DNA of 64,000 bases from Antedon mediterranea. Lineage: Eukaryota; Animalia; Echinodermata. Position numbers and translations under genes: made by a program. How positions within the stretch are numbered: the first letter of the stretch is position 1; each line of letters starts with the position of its first letter. Under the pieces are notes generated by a model. The model saw nothing but the letters and a program-made list of their open reading frames with translations, made no database searches and was not told the origin of the DNA. Location of the stretch: positions 682,001 through 746,000 of the forward strand of contig NC_092672.1 in the NCBI RefSeq assembly GCF_964355755.1. Reading direction: 5' to 3'. Positions 1 to 11,910 of the stretch are shown one piece after another.

Positions 1-141
1 TTGTGGTAGCCCGTATAGCAAAGAGTTTCCCATATCTAGTCGTGAAGTGACAAAAGCATGAACAAGTTGTTTAGCTGCTGTCTCATTTATAAACTTGCGA
101 ATCCTTCGGATGTTTCGCAAGTGAAAAGACGACGCACTGAC
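1..141 (-). mobile_element. 5'-truncated L2/CR1-clade LINE, C-terminal part of ORF2
   Basis: Minus-strand open frame [47 protein letters not shown] resembles the post-RT motif HLRNI.RIR...LVHAF..SRLDY.N.LL.GLP of L2-like non-LTR retrotransposons. Confidence 0.85.
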
Positions 142-2891
142 CTGACAGTATAGCCAAGAAGATGACCAGTCCATGGAAGTACAAACAGTGACTTAGCTGA
201 CAGATCACATGCTGCGCACAATGCTGCTGCCCTCTCTGCAGCAACAACATCTTCACCTGTGTAACAATGAAACACATATTAAACATAGAATTCCAATTGA
301 ACTACAATTGCACTACAGTTCAATTGCATTTACACAGTTAGTGGCAATTCAAGTGTAGTTCTTATTGAAAAGCCAACTTTATTGACATCTTCAAACAGTT
401 GCTGAAAACCCATCTGTTTCGCATGAAATGACGTAATTTCTACCTAGTTCGAGCCTTATGGTTGTAGCGTTTTAAAGAAAATTTATTTTGGTTAGGCTCT
501 ATACAAAAAACAATTATTATTATTATAACTGTTGTATTCCATTCAATTGCAGAACTTTCTTTGGCAGTTGGAAGTTATTTTACTGCAGTAAACTTACCTA
601 GAGGAAGATGTTATTTTACTGCAGTAATTGAAAACAAGCTAAAACAGTCAAACTTACCTGGAGGAAGAGGCGCATTTTTCTGAATCAAAACAACAGCAAC
701 TCTTGTTAACCTTCCTTGTAGACTTGTTCTATTAGTATTAATAAAATAATTAATTATCATTTAGTTTGATAGTGTGGACATACAGTAGCTTTATTACCTG
801 ACATATTTTGATAGTGTGGACATACAGTAGCTTTATTACCTGACATAGTTTGATAGTGTGGACATACAGTAGCTTTATTACCTGACATAGTTTGATAGTG
901 TGGACATACAGTAGCTTTATTACCCGACATAGTTTGATAGTGTGGACATACAGTAGCTTTATTACCTGACATAGTTTGATAGTGTGGACATACAGTAGCT
1001 TTATTATCTGACATAGTTTGATAGTGTGGACATACAGTAGCTCTATTATTACCTGACATAGTTTGATAGTGTGGACACACAGTAGCTTTATTACCTGACA
1101 TAGTTTGATACTGATAGTGTGGACATACAGTAGCTTTATTACCTGACTTAGTTTGATAGTGTGGACATACAGTATCTTTATTACCTGACATAGTTTGATT
1201 GTGTGGACATACAGTAGCTTTATTACCTGACATAGTTACTTTGATAGTGTGGACATAAAGTAGTTATTACCTGACAACTTCTACTCTAGTAGCACATTCC
1301 ATCTGCCGTTCTTTCCATAGATTTTCATCCCAATCCAGATCATAGAAAAGTACAACCAGAGACGGAACTTCAGACAAGTGCTTTTTCATCCATCCTGATT
1401 TCAAGATACCTTTTGGAATGTACCATTCGTAAGATGTTCTTTGCTATAAAGATGAAAATTGTTGAAAATTTAGCTGTAAATATGAAGAGATTAGGAACTT
1501 TTTACACCTACTGAGATTATCCTAAGCTTCATAGAGTCAAAGTGAAATAAATAAAATTGCATTTTAAGAAATACTTTGAACAAGGTACAATTTGTCAACC
1601 TTCATTTGGCTATTCTATTTTTATAATTAAGATGAAACTTTAAAGATGTATTGTCCCTTGAAACACAAAAAAATGAAGGTCAAAATATACTAAATTTTAA
1701 TTGGCCATATCAAAGTAATATTAAAGTTATTCACTTTAAGTCGAAAATTCGAGCCAAAAACAACAATTTTACGTAATTAACAGCTAAATTAATTTGATTA
1801 CATTTCGTCTGAATATAGTCGTGAGCGAAAGTAAACAAAGATTTCAAACCATGAGTATACATTATGCATGCTAAATTAGGATTGTTTACAACTCATCACA
1901 GTTGAGAAGGTGTTTTCACACAGATCGCGAGGAAGTTTATGATTATGCATACAGAGTAGCCAAATAAGCGCATTGTATTATAAAATATGTTTTGATCGAA
2001 AACTTTGACTGGAAGTCAAAGTTATTTTTAAACCAAAAAACGTCTGTATTTCAGTTAAATGATTTTTTTTTTCGACTAATTTTTGGTGAAAGTTAATAAC
2101 TATTATGATACTTCAAAATGACCCACTTTTTTTCGAAATCTTTTTATTTTTATTTTTTTGGAATTTGACAAAGGGACAATACATCTTTAAAGAAATACTT
2201 TTATATTAATATAACACTGTGTAAATTTACATGCAGACTAGGCCTAGAGAGGAACTCTAAATTGCCACCTGGTCACCTAAATTTAAATTATCGTTTAAGA
2301 TGAGGAAATCTGTGAGAATGATAAAAAGGACCAGTGCAGTGGTGTAATGGTTTCGATTTTGCTGTGATTATACATTTTATTTTCATCGTCAAAATCAGTT
2401 TCAAGTATAATTAGCCAATTTGATTACAATGTTGTCGATCGATTATTGCGATTCGTTCCAATACTAGGCCTACATTAACATAGTTGATTGAATATTAATA
2501 ATTATACCTTTCAACTTACTTTTGACCGACACTTGGGGTATTCATGATCTCCAGGCAAAACTTTAAAATTCAGTGGAACTCTATCTGGCCTTCTTCCGGA
2601 TACAAACGAATCCCAAATATCTCGATGAATTGCGTTGTAAGTTATGTCTAATCCTGTAAGTACAACCAGTCCCATTGGACGGCATGTTAGTTCCGTTGGT
2701 AGGCCCCCTGGTCCACGATTTGAGTATCCAGCCATAGCTGAGGAGCCTGTGATAGATGATGAGCCTGTAGCAGCAGAAGATGGCAGGCTCAACTCCGACG
2801 ACCCATCGGCCGAGTTCACAGACGTGCCAGATGGAGACAGAGCAGGCTGTAATTGACCTGGGACTGACGTTGGGCCTGCTGGAACACTCAT
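142..2891 (-). CDS. TRAPPC11: Trafficking protein particle complex subunit 11 (foie gras), 5' part; gene continues beyond left edge
   Basis: Exons 2891-2520, 1443-1271, 728-658 and 256-142 have GT-AG boundaries and consistent phases. They splice to ...[33 protein letters not shown]...[38 protein letters not shown]...[11 protein letters not shown]...[61 protein letters not shown], matching the N-terminus of vertebrate TRAPPC11 as I recall it. Start is ATG 2891 or ATG 2735. Confidence 0.95.
757..1275. repeat. 42-bp minisatellite (~12 copies) in TRAPPC11 intron 2
   Basis: Unit ATAGTTTGATAGTGTGGACATACAGTAGCTTTATTACCTGAC; explains the spurious [14 protein letters not shown] repeat ORF. Confidence 0.95.
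1644..2186. mobile_element. Non-autonomous DNA transposon, Kolobok-like
   Basis: TTAA at 1640-1643 and 2187-2190 flank TIRs AGATGTATTGTCCCTT...AAGGGACAATACATCT. TTAA TSD with AG..CT termini fits Kolobok; no transposase ORF. Confidence 0.75.
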
Positions 2892-3250
2892 TTTTACGAC
2901 CTTATTATAGGCCTAGCCTAGGCCTAGGCCTAGCCTTTATTTATAATATTTTAGCAGCAGAAGATCCACTCTAATTAGGCCTATTATACTTCGTTTAATA
3001 CTACATGAACCTGACTTTGCAATATAAGTTTACACAATTGCCGTAGGGTTAGAAAAGTGCAATAACGCAAGAAATAATCTTGTTAGGTTGGGTTCTTCCG
3101 CCGTCAAAAAACACTAAAATCATAATATATTTTGAGGTAGGGCCAAAGAACTTATAACACAAGAATCTCCTGTTCGTCCGAAGCGCGTAACAATTTCGAA
3201 AGGCATTGTGGGATAGAATAGAGCTATGGGTGGCGCCATTGTGAGCCATG

Positions 3251-3419
3251 GAGTAGGGCGCCCGCATCAAATTAGAAAGTCAAAATCATAGAGGGGATCT
3301 GCTAATGCTCTAGGGGGGATAGAGTAATTGACTGAGGAGTAGGGCGCCCGCATCAAATTAGAAAGTCAAAATCATAGAGGGGATCTGCTAATACTCTAGG
3401 GGGGGTAGAGTAATTGACT
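3251..3419. repeat. ~85-bp direct duplication upstream of TRAPPC11
   Basis: GAGTAGGGCGCCCGCATCAAATTAGAAAGTC...GAGTAATTGACT occurs twice in tandem. Confidence 0.9.
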
Positions 3420-3659
3420 TCCTAGTTTGGAGGGGGCGCTGCTCCATGCTGTGAAATGGCGTCGCCCAGTTTGACCTTTTAACCCTGTACTTCCGATACT
3501 GTGTTTAGAATGCAAATTGAAGAACAGGAGATTCTTGTGTTATAAGTTCTTTGGTAGGGCCTATTCAGAGCGTCATTTCGACCGCCGATCGAGCATTCTC
3601 TACTTCTACGGAGCGCCATTTATGCCTTTATTTACTTCCGAAATAGAAATAGTACTACG

Positions 3660-4850
3660 GTAATGGTTCAGTGGACCAAATTTAGCACCAGTGGAGCACA
3701 GGGATATAAAATAGAAATAAGTCACTAATTTTAATATCTTTTCGTATGTTAATACACTGTGCTCAAGTGGACCCAATTTGGAGCCAGTGGAGCACAATAT
3801 AAATAGAAACAAGTCATTGAATGTTAATATCTTTTCGTATGCTAATACACTGTGCTCAAGTGGACACAATTTGGAGCCAGAGTGGAGCACAGTGATATAA
3901 AATAGAAAAAAGTCACTAATTTTAATATCGTTTCGTATGTTATTACATTGTGCTCATGTTGACCCAATTTGGAGCCGGGGGAGCATAGTGATATAAAATA
4001 GAAATAAGTCACTGAATGTTAATATCTTTTCATATGTGAATACACACTGTGCTCAAGTGGACCCAATTTGGAGCCAGGGGAGCACAGTGATATAAAATAG
4101 AAATAAGTCACTGAATTTTAATATCTTTTCGTATTTTAATGTACAATGTACTCAAGTGTACCCAATTTGGCACCAGGCGAGCACAGTGGTATAAAATAGA
4201 AATAATTCACGGAATTTTAATATCTTTTCGTATGTTAATACACTGTGCTCAAGTGGACCCAACTTGGAGCCAGTGGAGCACAGTGATATAAAATAGAAAT
4301 AAGTCACTGCATTTTAATATCTTTTCGTATTAAGCATATTTGAATACCTACCGGTATGGTACCATCATGTTCGACCAATACCGTGACATGGTGGGGTAGT
4401 GAAGACTCTTATATATCATGTTTCAAAATACTATAGGTGTCATTTCTGGGGACCTTGTAGCTATTTTAAACAGTTTGGTAAGCCCTGCGCTGTTATGCAA
4501 ATGAGTTTGTGCAGGTGTAATGGGAAAGATGGTATTGTTAGTCCTACGCGGTGAACACGCCACAAAATTAAATTTAAAAGTTAAATTTTGATTTTGTTAA
4601 TCTTTATTAGAAATTCAAATCATGTAAAGATACAATTTTCCGGGCGGGAATCTAGAAACTCCCCTCCTTTAGTTTAGTGATATAAAATAGAAATAAGCCA
4701 CTGAATTTTAATATCTTTTCGTATGTTAATACACACTGTGCTCAAGTGGACCCAATTTGGTACCAGGGAAGCACATTGATATAAAATAGAAATAAGTCAC
4801 TTTTCGTATAAGCATATTTGAATACCTACCGGTATGGTACCATGCATGTT
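3660..4850. repeat. ~97-bp satellite (about 7 copies plus a detached copy at ~4680-4800)
   Basis: Unit GTGCTCAAGTGGACCCAATTTGGAGCCAGTGGAGCACAGTGATATAAAATAGAAATAAGTCACTGAATTTTAATATCTTTTCGTATGTTAATACACT. Both blocks end in the same AGCATATTTGAATACCTACCGGTATGGTACCAT sequence. Confidence 0.9.
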
Positions 4851-5070
4851 CGACAATACAGTGTCACATATCTCTATTTAAAAAAAAAAAAAAATAAATA
4901 AAATATCCGTCGAGGTTCAAACCCCAGCTGATAGCGCTCAAAACTGAGCATCACCCGTTACGCCACCAAGTACATGACTGAAAAGCTGATAATAGTCTAT
5001 TTATACGCGTATTACGTAATTGATCATTACGTCATAAATATCCTATTAACCTTGCTAAAACCAAAATGAT

Positions 5071-5300
5071 CAGTTAGCTCAGTCTTCTGCACGTCCACAC
5101 GTATGTCGTGGGTTCGATTCCCACGCTGGTCGTGGGTTCGATTCCCACGCTGGTCGGTGGAATAGAGTTAAGGCTTTCCACCACACATCATGAGGCGACA
5201 ACATCAATGCATCTGGTGATGTGGAGGAAACGACCCCAAAAGGCTGTGGCAGGACCTTAGTGCTGAGGCAGGGAGAGCACATTTACCATCTTTTTTTTTT
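5071..5300 (+). mobile_element. tRNA-derived SINE-like element
   Basis: A-box-like TAGCTCAGT at ~5075, B-box GGTTCGATTCC duplicated at ~5111 and ~5135, ends in a T run; no intact cloverleaf. Confidence 0.5.
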
Positions 5301-5654
5301 GGCTCTCGCAAACTGCTTTGGTGGTTTAAATTTATGTTTAGCGCCCTCAATTTATTTTAATGTAAAAAAAAAGGAATTAATTCTCTTCGTTACAAAGTAA
5401 AAGTTGGAAAAGACAAAAAATGAGACAAGACAAAACAAAAGGGGTAAAGAAAGTTATTTATTTTTGTCTTTTGTTTATGACGTTGATTTTTACAAACATT
5501 TGTTGACATAAAATTTACAATATTTGGAACTAGGCCTAGAATTTGTTTGTATTCATGCAAAAAATAATGTGAAATTGAAAAGGAAAGAAGAAGAAGCGAA
5601 CAGGCCATTATTAATATTTTTACAGTCATCACTACAAACAAAAGTTTTCCAAAT

Positions 5655-5860
5655 CATTCTCTAGGTGGCAGCATTTACTTTTCTCACTGTTACAATAAAA
5701 ATGGGAAGTGGGCGGAGCTTATGGATCACATGGCATCACAAAGTATTATGATTTTATACACAAGAAAACTGCTACACAGGAAGACGTTGGGTAGTACAGA
5801 GAAACAAGACTGATTGTTGTTGAGGAATTTAACAAAACAGTGAAAGAGGAATCATATAAG
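5655..5860 (+). promoter_or_regulatory. Candidate distal promoter and non-coding first exon of CaMKK
   Basis: CTCF-like CTAGGTGGCAGCA (~5661), GC box GGGCGGAGC (~5710), E-box CACATG, then a purine-rich segment ending in a good donor AAG|GTAGGT at 5860. Linkage to CaMKK is inference. Confidence 0.4.
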
Positions 5861-7288
5861 GTAGGTAATCTGCAGGCATTTTTATTAAATGTGTTTTTAA
5901 CAAATGCTACTTGTAGGTTAGCAAGATGTTGAGACCTGTTTAATTGAGTGTATGTATTATTTGTAATTTGTAAACATTGATTTTCAGATATTTTCCTGTT
6001 TTCACTTTTATAACACCACCTTTCTCTGCATAGTGGTAGTGTTATCCTCTATTTTAAACAACAGTTAGTACATAATGTTACCACACAATTTACATTGACT
6101 ACTGGCAAACCACTAATTATAGTTTACACTTGGCCTCACATTTCATTTTTACTATACTTAAAAATCAAAATCAAAGATATTTTATTTCATAATGTTGTAA
6201 ATGTGTAAACTTGTGAGAGAGATGCTGCACCTTAGCTAGAGATACTTGTATGTATATTTTGCTGTACAAATTGTAATTGGTAATGTTATTGCATCAGAAA
6301 GAGGCAGTAAAATTTAATGTAAGTGTAATTAGTAATCAAACAAAAATAAACTCGTGAAATTCTTGTCTGGTGTAAATTCTTTACAATATTTCATCATCCA
6401 ACTCTGTATAGTGTTTTTCTGGAAAAAAATTCAGTTGATGAAGGGAAAAATTTATATGTGGGTTGAAGTTGAACTGCTAATTGTTGCATTACTCCTCAAT
6501 CATTTAATGATTAATTCTCCAAAACATTAACTCTTCCTGTCGCCGGTGTTTAGGGTAAAAAACAGAGAATTGCGCCACACCCCTTCCTGGCAAGCCCCTA
6601 CACACACCACCACTGATGGAAACTTGCAGGTACCTTAACGGTGATGCAAAATATGTTGCGATTTGGAAATATTTGACCTTTTGAGGATGAGGGTGCACCC
6701 TCTTACTGTATATTATTTATACTAATAAATAAATTTTGTTAGGGTTTAGCTGAAAAATAGATCTTAAACATAAATATCTTCCAATGCCGATTCAAATGGG
6801 TACTGCTAGGGGTGCATGCCTCCCTCTGCCCCACCCCTTTTTAACTACTTTTTTTATTTTATTTTAATATACCTGTTAATGTTCCCTTTAATAAAATCCT
6901 GATTCTGCCCCTGGTTTGTTTTATTATAAAAACCTTTTTATTATTCATTGCATTAATTGCACTAGAAACAAAATTGATGATCCAATTTCCAATATCGTCA
7001 TGAATATACAACACGAACAAAAAAAGAAAATTGATTTTTGAACGAACATGTCAATGAAAAAATCAATTGTTGTTGGACGTAACAAAGATTAGTTACTATG
7101 AACACAAGGCCTTGTCTACTCATCATTTCCGTCATTATTCATACAAAGCCACCACGACACTTTAGTGCGCGAATAATTATTCCGTTTTTTGAATATTCAC
7201 GATTTTGATTGATCATTTAATACATTCAGTGGATAATGCTTGTGGTGTCTTCATCCCCACATTTATCTAAAATGAAATTATGAACTAA

Positions 7289-7429
7289 AGCTCTGTCTAC
7301 ACTATCAAACTTTTTATGTGACAACAATATGTGATGTGCCCATATATGGACATGATGATGTCATATCACTACCATATTTGGGCACATCATACTTTTTTGT
7401 CAAACTAGTTTGATAGTGTAGACAGAGCT
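7289..7429. mobile_element. MITE family A (TIR AGCTCTGTCTACACTATCAAAC), PIF/Harbinger-like; representative full copy
   Basis: TIRs at both ends, TWA flanks, internal 21-bp subrepeat ACTACCATATTTGGGCACATC. Other copies or fragments at ~11040, 11735-11910, 15997-16130, 16621-16733, 20115-20253, 23078-23122, 23757-24075, 26310-26430, 28690-28820, 43971-44133, 48210, 48306-48430 and 49622-49725. Confidence 0.85.
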
Positions 7430-8935
7430 TTACTTTCTAATATTTCTTACAGAACATTAATATTTATGTTAGTGCTCGTGTGTTTAAATATCCTGGATCC
7501 GCCGCCGTCAAGATGTGATAGAAAAAAGTATAATGATAAAAATATTAAATATTGACTTAGCAACTCTGGCATATCTGCCAAAAATCTGATGATATAAATA
7601 AATATGATGATATAAAATATTATTTTTCACACTTTTGTTTTTCCTCTATGAAGATGTAAAAAAAAAACAAGTGAAACCGTGTCAATAACCTGGATGAGGT
7701 CAAGGCCCTTGGTGACAACTGACATAATGTACCTTGTTTGTTTACTTTTGTTTGTTTACATTTTTATGAGTCCATTGACACTGTAGTACAAGGACACAGC
7801 TGATTCCAGGTCAACCATTGCAGGCCACTTATAAATGTATTCTGAAATGGTCTTCAAAAATAAAATACAACAAAAGGCAACCATTGCAGGCCACTTATAC
7901 AATATATTCTGAAATGGTTTTCTAAAGTATTAAAATTCAAAGTAATATTAATTTCAATTCAAGTAAAATAAAAATAATTTATTTCGGTAACGCCAAAAAC
8001 AAGCTCAGCCAAAGCGACCAAAAAAAAATGCGTCAAAATTGTCACAACATGGCTGTGTTTATGAATTAATTAGTATCAATTAGGGTCAATCAAAAAATTG
8101 TTACAAACCACACTTTAACCTGATTGAGCTTGCTTTGAATAAATAGAAATGTATACATGACATATGAAAGGTACACTGTATAGCTTTTTTTGTAAACAAG
8201 GGTCACCATAATTACAATGTACTGTAGTTTTTATTTTATTTACAATATTTAACACTGTATTTGATTTTTATAATACCCTCACGTTTCATCAAAGCTATTG
8301 CTTCTTCTGATAAAATAATGCTGCTGTTTTTATTATTAATTAAATTAGCGATATTTTTTTTGGTAGAATACAAAATATATTAAAGAAAAGATTTTTGTGA
8401 AATAAAATGAATCTAGGGTGAGAATAGAATGGTACTGTAGGTTATGTCAACAATGGTTCTTTTTAAGGTCAAGGTTAGGTTCTTATTTAGTGTGTTTTGT
8501 TATGAGTTGGTCTACGTGTCAAACTGCTTGTGCAGCAGGCTATGTCCTCATACAATGGCAGTTATTCACATCTGTAGTGTGGACAGGTTGTTATAAGCTG
8601 TGGCTTATATCCTGTTTGGTAATTGAATCATGACTTGTTTTGGTATCACTCTCAGTTAAAATCAGCAGTATATTTGTTTACAATTATCCAATTGGTGCAT
8701 TCATGGGTTTTGCTAATATCAAAGCTAAATCAGCACTTGTCACTAAGTTTTAGTAACTTTAAATAGTACAGTACAGTACTTTGTCTGGCAAACACAATAC
8801 CTGAGGTAGGTAGGTACATTTCTTCTTTTTCTTCGCTTAACATTACTTATTATTTTTATTAGGAAAGCTAATCAAGTTTTCCAGTGCAATCGATTAAAAG
8901 ATTTAGAGACTTTTAGATTCTTTAAATGGCCCGCT

Positions 8936-9820
8936 TTAGAATGGCACTCAGGCCCAGCACCTTTCTCTAGAATGGCACTCAGGCCCTGCACCTCTCTCTA
9001 AAATGGCACTCAGGCCCTGCACCTCTCTCTAAAATGGCACTCAGGCCCTGCACCTTTCTCTAGAATGGCACTCAGGCCCTGCACCTTTCTCTAGAATGGC
9101 CTTCGGGCCCTGCACCTCTCTCTAGAATGGCACTCGGGCCCTGCACCTCTCTCTAGAATGGCGCTCGGGCCCTGCACCTCTCTCTAAAATGGCACTCGGG
9201 CCCTGCACCTCTCTCTAAAATGGCACTCAGGCCCTGCACCTTTCTCTAAAATGGCACTCAGGCCCTGCACCTTTCTCTAGAAGGGCACTCAGGCCCTGCA
9301 CCTCTCTCTAGAATGGCACTCAGGCCCTGCATCTTTCTCTACTAGGATGGCACTCAGGCCCTGCACCTCTCTCTAGAATGGCACTCAGGCCCTGCATCTT
9401 TCTCTAGGATGGCACTCAGGCCCTGCACCTTTCTCTAGAATGGCACTCAGGCCCTGCACCTTTCTCTAGAATGGCCTTCGGGCCCTGCACCTCTCTCTAG
9501 AATGGCACTCGGGCCCTGCACCTCTCTCTAGAATGGCGCTCGGGCCCTGCACCTCTCTCTAAAATGGCACTCGGGCCCTGCACCTCTCTCTAAAATGGCA
9601 CTCAGGCCCTGCACCTTTCTCTAAAATGGCACTCAGGCCCTGCACCTTTCTCTAGAAGGGCACTCAGGCCCTGCACCTCTCTCTAGAATGGCACTCAGGC
9701 CCTGCATCTTTCTCTACTAGGATGGCACTCAGGCCCTGCACCTCTCTCTAGAATGGCACTCAGGCCCTGCATCTTTCTCTAGGATGGCACTCAGGCCCTG
9801 CACCTTTCTCTAGAATGGCA
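8936..9820. repeat. 31-bp minisatellite (~28 copies) with higher-order duplication
   Basis: Unit TCTAGAATGGCACTCAGGCCCTGCACCTTTC; variant GCCTTCGGG recurs at ~9099 and ~9475. Confidence 0.95.
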
Positions 9821-11734
9821 AGAAGCTTTAAAAGAAATATGAATGCAGTGGAAAAACTGTGAAATACTGTGAATCTTGGATTCACTGATTGTTACTTGGC
9901 TGGTCTGTGATAACATAAGATGGACATTTGTCTCTCATCAAATCTAATTAGTTGACCTCTCACGTCCACCTTGAACTTGTGAAATTGCATTTTAAACTAC
10001 CTGCAGAAAAGGATTGATCACATTTTTAAATTTCAATATGAAATTGAAAGATGCTATTAAATTTGGCTTTAATATGAAACAAAAACATAATTGTGTAGGT
10101 CAGCTGAACAGTACCCTGAGCCTAAGCACTAACCTCATTTTTATGATACACACAAATAACAAATAAAATATAACAAGTTCAAGTTTATCATTTATTACAT
10201 TTTCAAGACTGTCCGACAGAAATGTTTTGACGCTACACAATTGTTCAACTTTTTATATCTATGTATTTTTATTGTTTTACTTTTAAATGTACAGCATACT
10301 GTAGAGAGCCAATTGAATAGTGCTTGGCAATCACCCGTATTTAAAAACGTTTTAGACCATTTTGAGCATTTCGACAAAACTTTTTCACACACTGCACCAT
10401 TGTCATGTATTATCTGTTGTTGTATATGCCGGAAAATTGAATAAAATAAAAAAAAAATTAAAAATAATATTTAAGTGATGACAATGACATAGGGTATTGT
10501 TTTCTTTTGGTCACAAAATGGTAAATTTGTCAGCCCAATAATTATCTGGTTTAAAGTAAGTACAGGTATTCTAATATTCCAACTTATTTTCAATCTCAGA
10601 ATAAATTCATTCTTCAAAGATTTTATTCCATATAATTAAACACTTTCTTTGCCCTTGGTTTCATCTTTATAACCTAATCAATATGACGACCTTAGCACTG
10701 ATAGGCTTGTAATCATTAGAGATTTACTGAAGGTGATGCTTGTTGTAGGTTTGATTATGTTTTCTCATTAGTAGATGAACTTGGAACTGATTGAAAATCA
10801 AGGGGAAATCCTCCTTCTCATTCTCAATAATAATCAATTTAGACACATTGAATTGTTGGAATAAGATTTCATAAGCAGTTTATGGTGTTGTCATCTGACC
10901 AATGGTGTTATTTATTACGGCATTTCCTGGTTTGAATTGAAACTATTATTATTGAAGCCCTCAATAAAATTCCAAAGCAAAAATGGTGTGTAATTTTTGT
11001 GTTTGAATGCAAATCACTTGTAATAAACTTTAAATGTAAAGCTCTGCCTACAGCTATCAAACTTCTTTTGACAAAAAAAAAATTATTTTCGTGCTGTAGC
11101 AAACATCCACCATATACCTACCATCTTTTTTCACTTGCTAGGGCGTCACTAGACATTTTATTACATTAGGTTAAACTACCTAACTACTGAAAAAAAGTCT
11201 ATATGTTTTTTATAGCAGAATGTTTCCAAATTTTGTATTTTAAGGGAAATTCAATTTTTTTGCACATATTTGATTTATGTACAATTAACCAGATATTATA
11301 TTTAAAATTCATGCCTGTGCCTGAACTGAACAGCAATTGTATTACATTAGAGAGCTTGTAAGCATAGCTAGATGCAGGTGCCCTTATTATTTTTATAGTT
11401 TAATATTTACTTTCATGACTTAATTGTGTTACTACTGTATTACATTCTTTCTGTAACGTATCTTGAGGAGTCGCAGCAATTTGTAATTGTCAGTTGTTGA
11501 ACAAGAATTTACGACGCGCATACTTTATTTGCAAATCTGCGATTATGGAAAATGATGCTGTAGTGTATTCAGTATCAAATAAATTAAATATATTGAATTT
11601 AGAAATAAATGCATTTCGACTTGAGATGTACGGGCTGCAAAGAGTTTTGCGTACATACTGTATATCAGGTAGCTACAGTATAAGCAATTTCCAAAGGAAC
11701 GCTGAGCGCTTAATTATTACACTTTGAATATTAA

Positions 11735-11910
11735 AGCTCTGTCTCTGTATACCATCAAAGTCAAATATGGTAGTGATGTGCCCAAATATGGTAGTGATGT
11801 GCCCAAATATGGTAGTTGATGTGCTTAAATATGGTAGTGATATGACATCATTATGTCCATATATGGGCACATCACATTTTTTTGTCGCATAAAGTTTGAT
11901 ATAGTGTAAA
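11735..11910. mobile_element. MITE family A copy
   Basis: AGCTCTGTCT.. start, internal CCCAAATATGGTAGTGATGTG repeats, end ..AAGTTTGATATAGTGTAAACA. Confidence 0.75.

Noticed and set aside
757-1233. 158-aa ORF of [14 protein letters not shown] repeats
   Set aside because: Product of a 42-bp intronic minisatellite; it is out of frame with TRAPPC11 exon 2, whose read-through hits TAA at once.
2644-2974. Plus-strand ORFs of 70 and 64 aa
   Set aside because: Antisense shadows of GC-rich TRAPPC11 exon 1.
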